From positions 9,610,001-9,674,000 of the forward strand of contig CM120640.1 of the NCBI GenBank assembly GCA_051362555.1: DNA of 64,000 bases, written 5' to 3'. This stretch comes from Lingula anatina. Its lineage: Eukaryota; Animalia; Brachiopoda. The notes below the pieces were generated by a model. That model saw nothing but the letters and a program-made list of their open reading frames with translations, was not told the DNA's origin and searched no databases. This document shows positions 63,101 through 64,000 of this stretch, in pieces. Position numbers and translations under genes: made by a program. How positions within the stretch are numbered: position 1 is the stretch's first letter; each line of letters opens with the position of its first letter.

Positions 63101-63947
63101 TTCGGATAGAAGGGACATGAAAATGTTCCTCTGTTGGGCTGATTGATTAGGAGATCTGTAGAATACACCGTAAAGAAGAGTTTTATGCTTCACTCGCAGC
63201 TCCACCCATAGGCAGTCCAACCCATCTAATTGAAGATCAGTTCGTTCTTTATACATTATATCATCGCACATATACAAGATAAGCCCTCGGCCATTATTTG
63301 AAAATACGGGTACTTGAAAGCCTTCAATATTATACTCTTCAATCCGATCTATCCTACAGATATTTCCTGCTTCGCAAAGCCCAACTACGTCAGCTTTAGC
63401 ATTTTTAATTCTTATTTTAAGGCTCTCGAAGCGTTCATCAGCGTCCGCGCTAAGACTCCTTATGTTTGAGAAAAGTATGGTAAGGGGGATCGAGTACGGC
63501 CCTGGGTTGGGGTGGATATCTCCGGATAGTAGAATGATCTCAAGCATGATGATAGTTACTAGGAACAGAGTCACCTTTGATGTCAGGTGAAGTGTGACGG
63601 GTGTCAGTTTGCATGATCCAGACGATAGCTTATGTATAACACAATAAAAATGGCCAATTGCGACCCTCCACTGACCTAAACTAATCCCCATTCATGTGAA
63701 TGATCATCAAGTACCCCCGTCCCCAGCCATGCCCTCCCCTCAGTCCTCTTAGGTTATATTTTGGAAAACTAGAGTTCATAGTCAGAGGAAAAAAGGGGGG
63801 AAAAGGAAGCGGATGTGCATAGTATATAGCAACAACCAAGCAGTCGAATGAGAACTGGCTTGGTAGAGTGGATAAGAAACAAAATGAATAAATATACAGA
63901 AACACATGCAACGCTTCGCTTACAACATTACACACATAAGTCGTCAT
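59991..63947 (-). mobile_element. Non-LTR retrotransposon (CR1/L2-group LINE), apparently intact, antisense in ATRAID intron 5; 5' boundary uncertain
   Basis: Uninterrupted ORF2. The 3' UTR contains (ATT)n at 60090-60131, a stem-loop at 60045-60083, AATAAA at 60006-60011 and an A8 tail at 59991-59998 (minus strand). Confidence 0.93.
60206..63691 (-). CDS. LINE ORF2: APE endonuclease, reverse transcriptase and C-terminal Cys/His motif, 1161 aa
   Basis: APE motifs NIRSL, GLCE, YRSP, GDFNAH, SCIDL and TDH. RT motifs KANGPDGI, NYRPISLLS, QSGF, FLDFAAAFDSV, VPQGSILGPLLFLLYINDL, YADD and KHLG. C-terminal CLCGKPETIRHFFFQCP. Confidence 0.96.
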   Translation of the reverse strand: MGISLGQWRVAIGHFYCVIHKLSSGSCKLTPVTLHLTSKVTLFLVTIIMLEIILLSGDIHPNPGPYSIPLTILFSNIRSLSADADERFESLKIRIKNAKADVVGLCEAGNICRIDRIEEYNIEGFQVPVFSNNGRGLILYMCDDIMYKERTDLQLDGLDCLWVELRVKHKTLLYGVFYRSPNQSAQQRNIFMSLLSECLEKTRRSRHDGIIINGDFNAHNRQWFLEGGDDVPGRMLSDIFCEHGLDQLINEPTRIQGSSVSCIDLTVTDIPGLVLRSSVEAPIGRTDHATLVTSIDITLCKHSPYYRTIWKYDHANPEGLKTEITQFDWDGMFKLESDVHLLTKKFIDTLMSIFEKHIPRKHSKVRGNENPWYNDKITHELNRKRKLYQRVKLNPSQVNIASYVAQSNLVKQLISETKDSYYKSLIEALEAKTDSKKHYWPTLKKLLGNKFNRSIPVIGNVNTGNVANSDEEKAEVFLNHFGKSYHSDNQNCDTNITFPQRTDVILTDLDTTPEEISCIINSLDSSKANGPDGITVRMLKLCSVSIAYPLCTLFNLILQTGVFPDIWKEAYICPVHKKGSKTDVENYRPISLLSVISKVLERIIYTRMIRHVMDNKLLYDRQSGFLSGHSTEYQLLSIDNLIRDNFRNGLDTRGIFLDFAAAFDSVPHSLLLLKLISYGFRGKLHSLLASYLNNRKIRVRINGTLSKVSETNYINTSVPQGSILGPLLFLLYINDLPDGLILHCFIYADDTSIFLPSTPDNRRAHDILQSDISYLEAWSVKWKLFFKPKKCNEVIFTTKKENVEKYSPLILCNTAITQKKYHKHLGFILDHKLDCSEHITYTLSKAQSALNPLKSLSKTLRSKHLNILYNAYISPLLDYCDVLYSTASLHNLSKLSSLQYQAGLNILGALPGSNRCKVLKQLNWVSLEERRRNHAKKIMFNIHNQLAPSYVSTYFIPFRNKYMLPLRTTSKRDYIIPSKFTYKGPEHFLMTSWDELNTTQKNLPSASSLKYNLRNETFPATMSTTHLKLPRQNEKILNKARVDLLFRAQLYDHNWTAMASPNCLCGKPETIRHFFFQCPLKQRKYRDLYESVEDILGVTYAYFRTQLDKISLFLHGHKTLTSGQNDDFRNSVRFLNQKCLNLLPFLFWRLPLSPDGPLPPP

Positions 63948-64000
63948 AATCAGTTTAGTCCTGATTATATACCATCGTCAGACAGAAAGATGTACCTGTA

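Noticed and set aside
63945-63970. Target-site duplication of the LINE (compared with 59970-59990)
   Set aside because: Only patchy similarity; the 5' end may lie at or beyond the window edge.

Overview
AT-rich, intron-dense animal genomic DNA; an invertebrate, most plausibly a mollusc or other lophotrochozoan (inferred from the repeat types, not proven). I reconstructed five conserved spliced genes by hand, all with GT-AG introns: EFR3 (-, 11 coding exons in the window, runs off the left edge), RGS22-like (+, 19 exons, ~1566 aa), nucleoprotein TPR (+, 59 exons, ~2472 aa), tektin-2/B1 (-, 5 coding exons, 422 aa) and ATRAID (+, 5 exons in the window, runs off the right edge). EFR3/RGS22 and TEKT2/ATRAID are head-to-head pairs. 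An intact CR1/L2-type LINE ORF2 lies antisense in ATRAID intron 5 and starts with a hydrophobic leader ending in a 2A-like GDIHPNPGP motif. Other repeats are a Helentron-type (HINE/DINE-like) element carrying a 146-bp tandem array, three copies of a ~215-bp foldback element, and a perfect 42-bp palindrome with a 7-bp flanking duplication. The best novelty candidates are an unannotated spliced 68-aa microprotein gene upstream of and opposite to TPR, the 2A-like LINE leader, heptad-sized duplicated exons in TPR, and an alternative first exon plus a 12-nt microexon in RGS22. Everything was read by eye; no searches were run.
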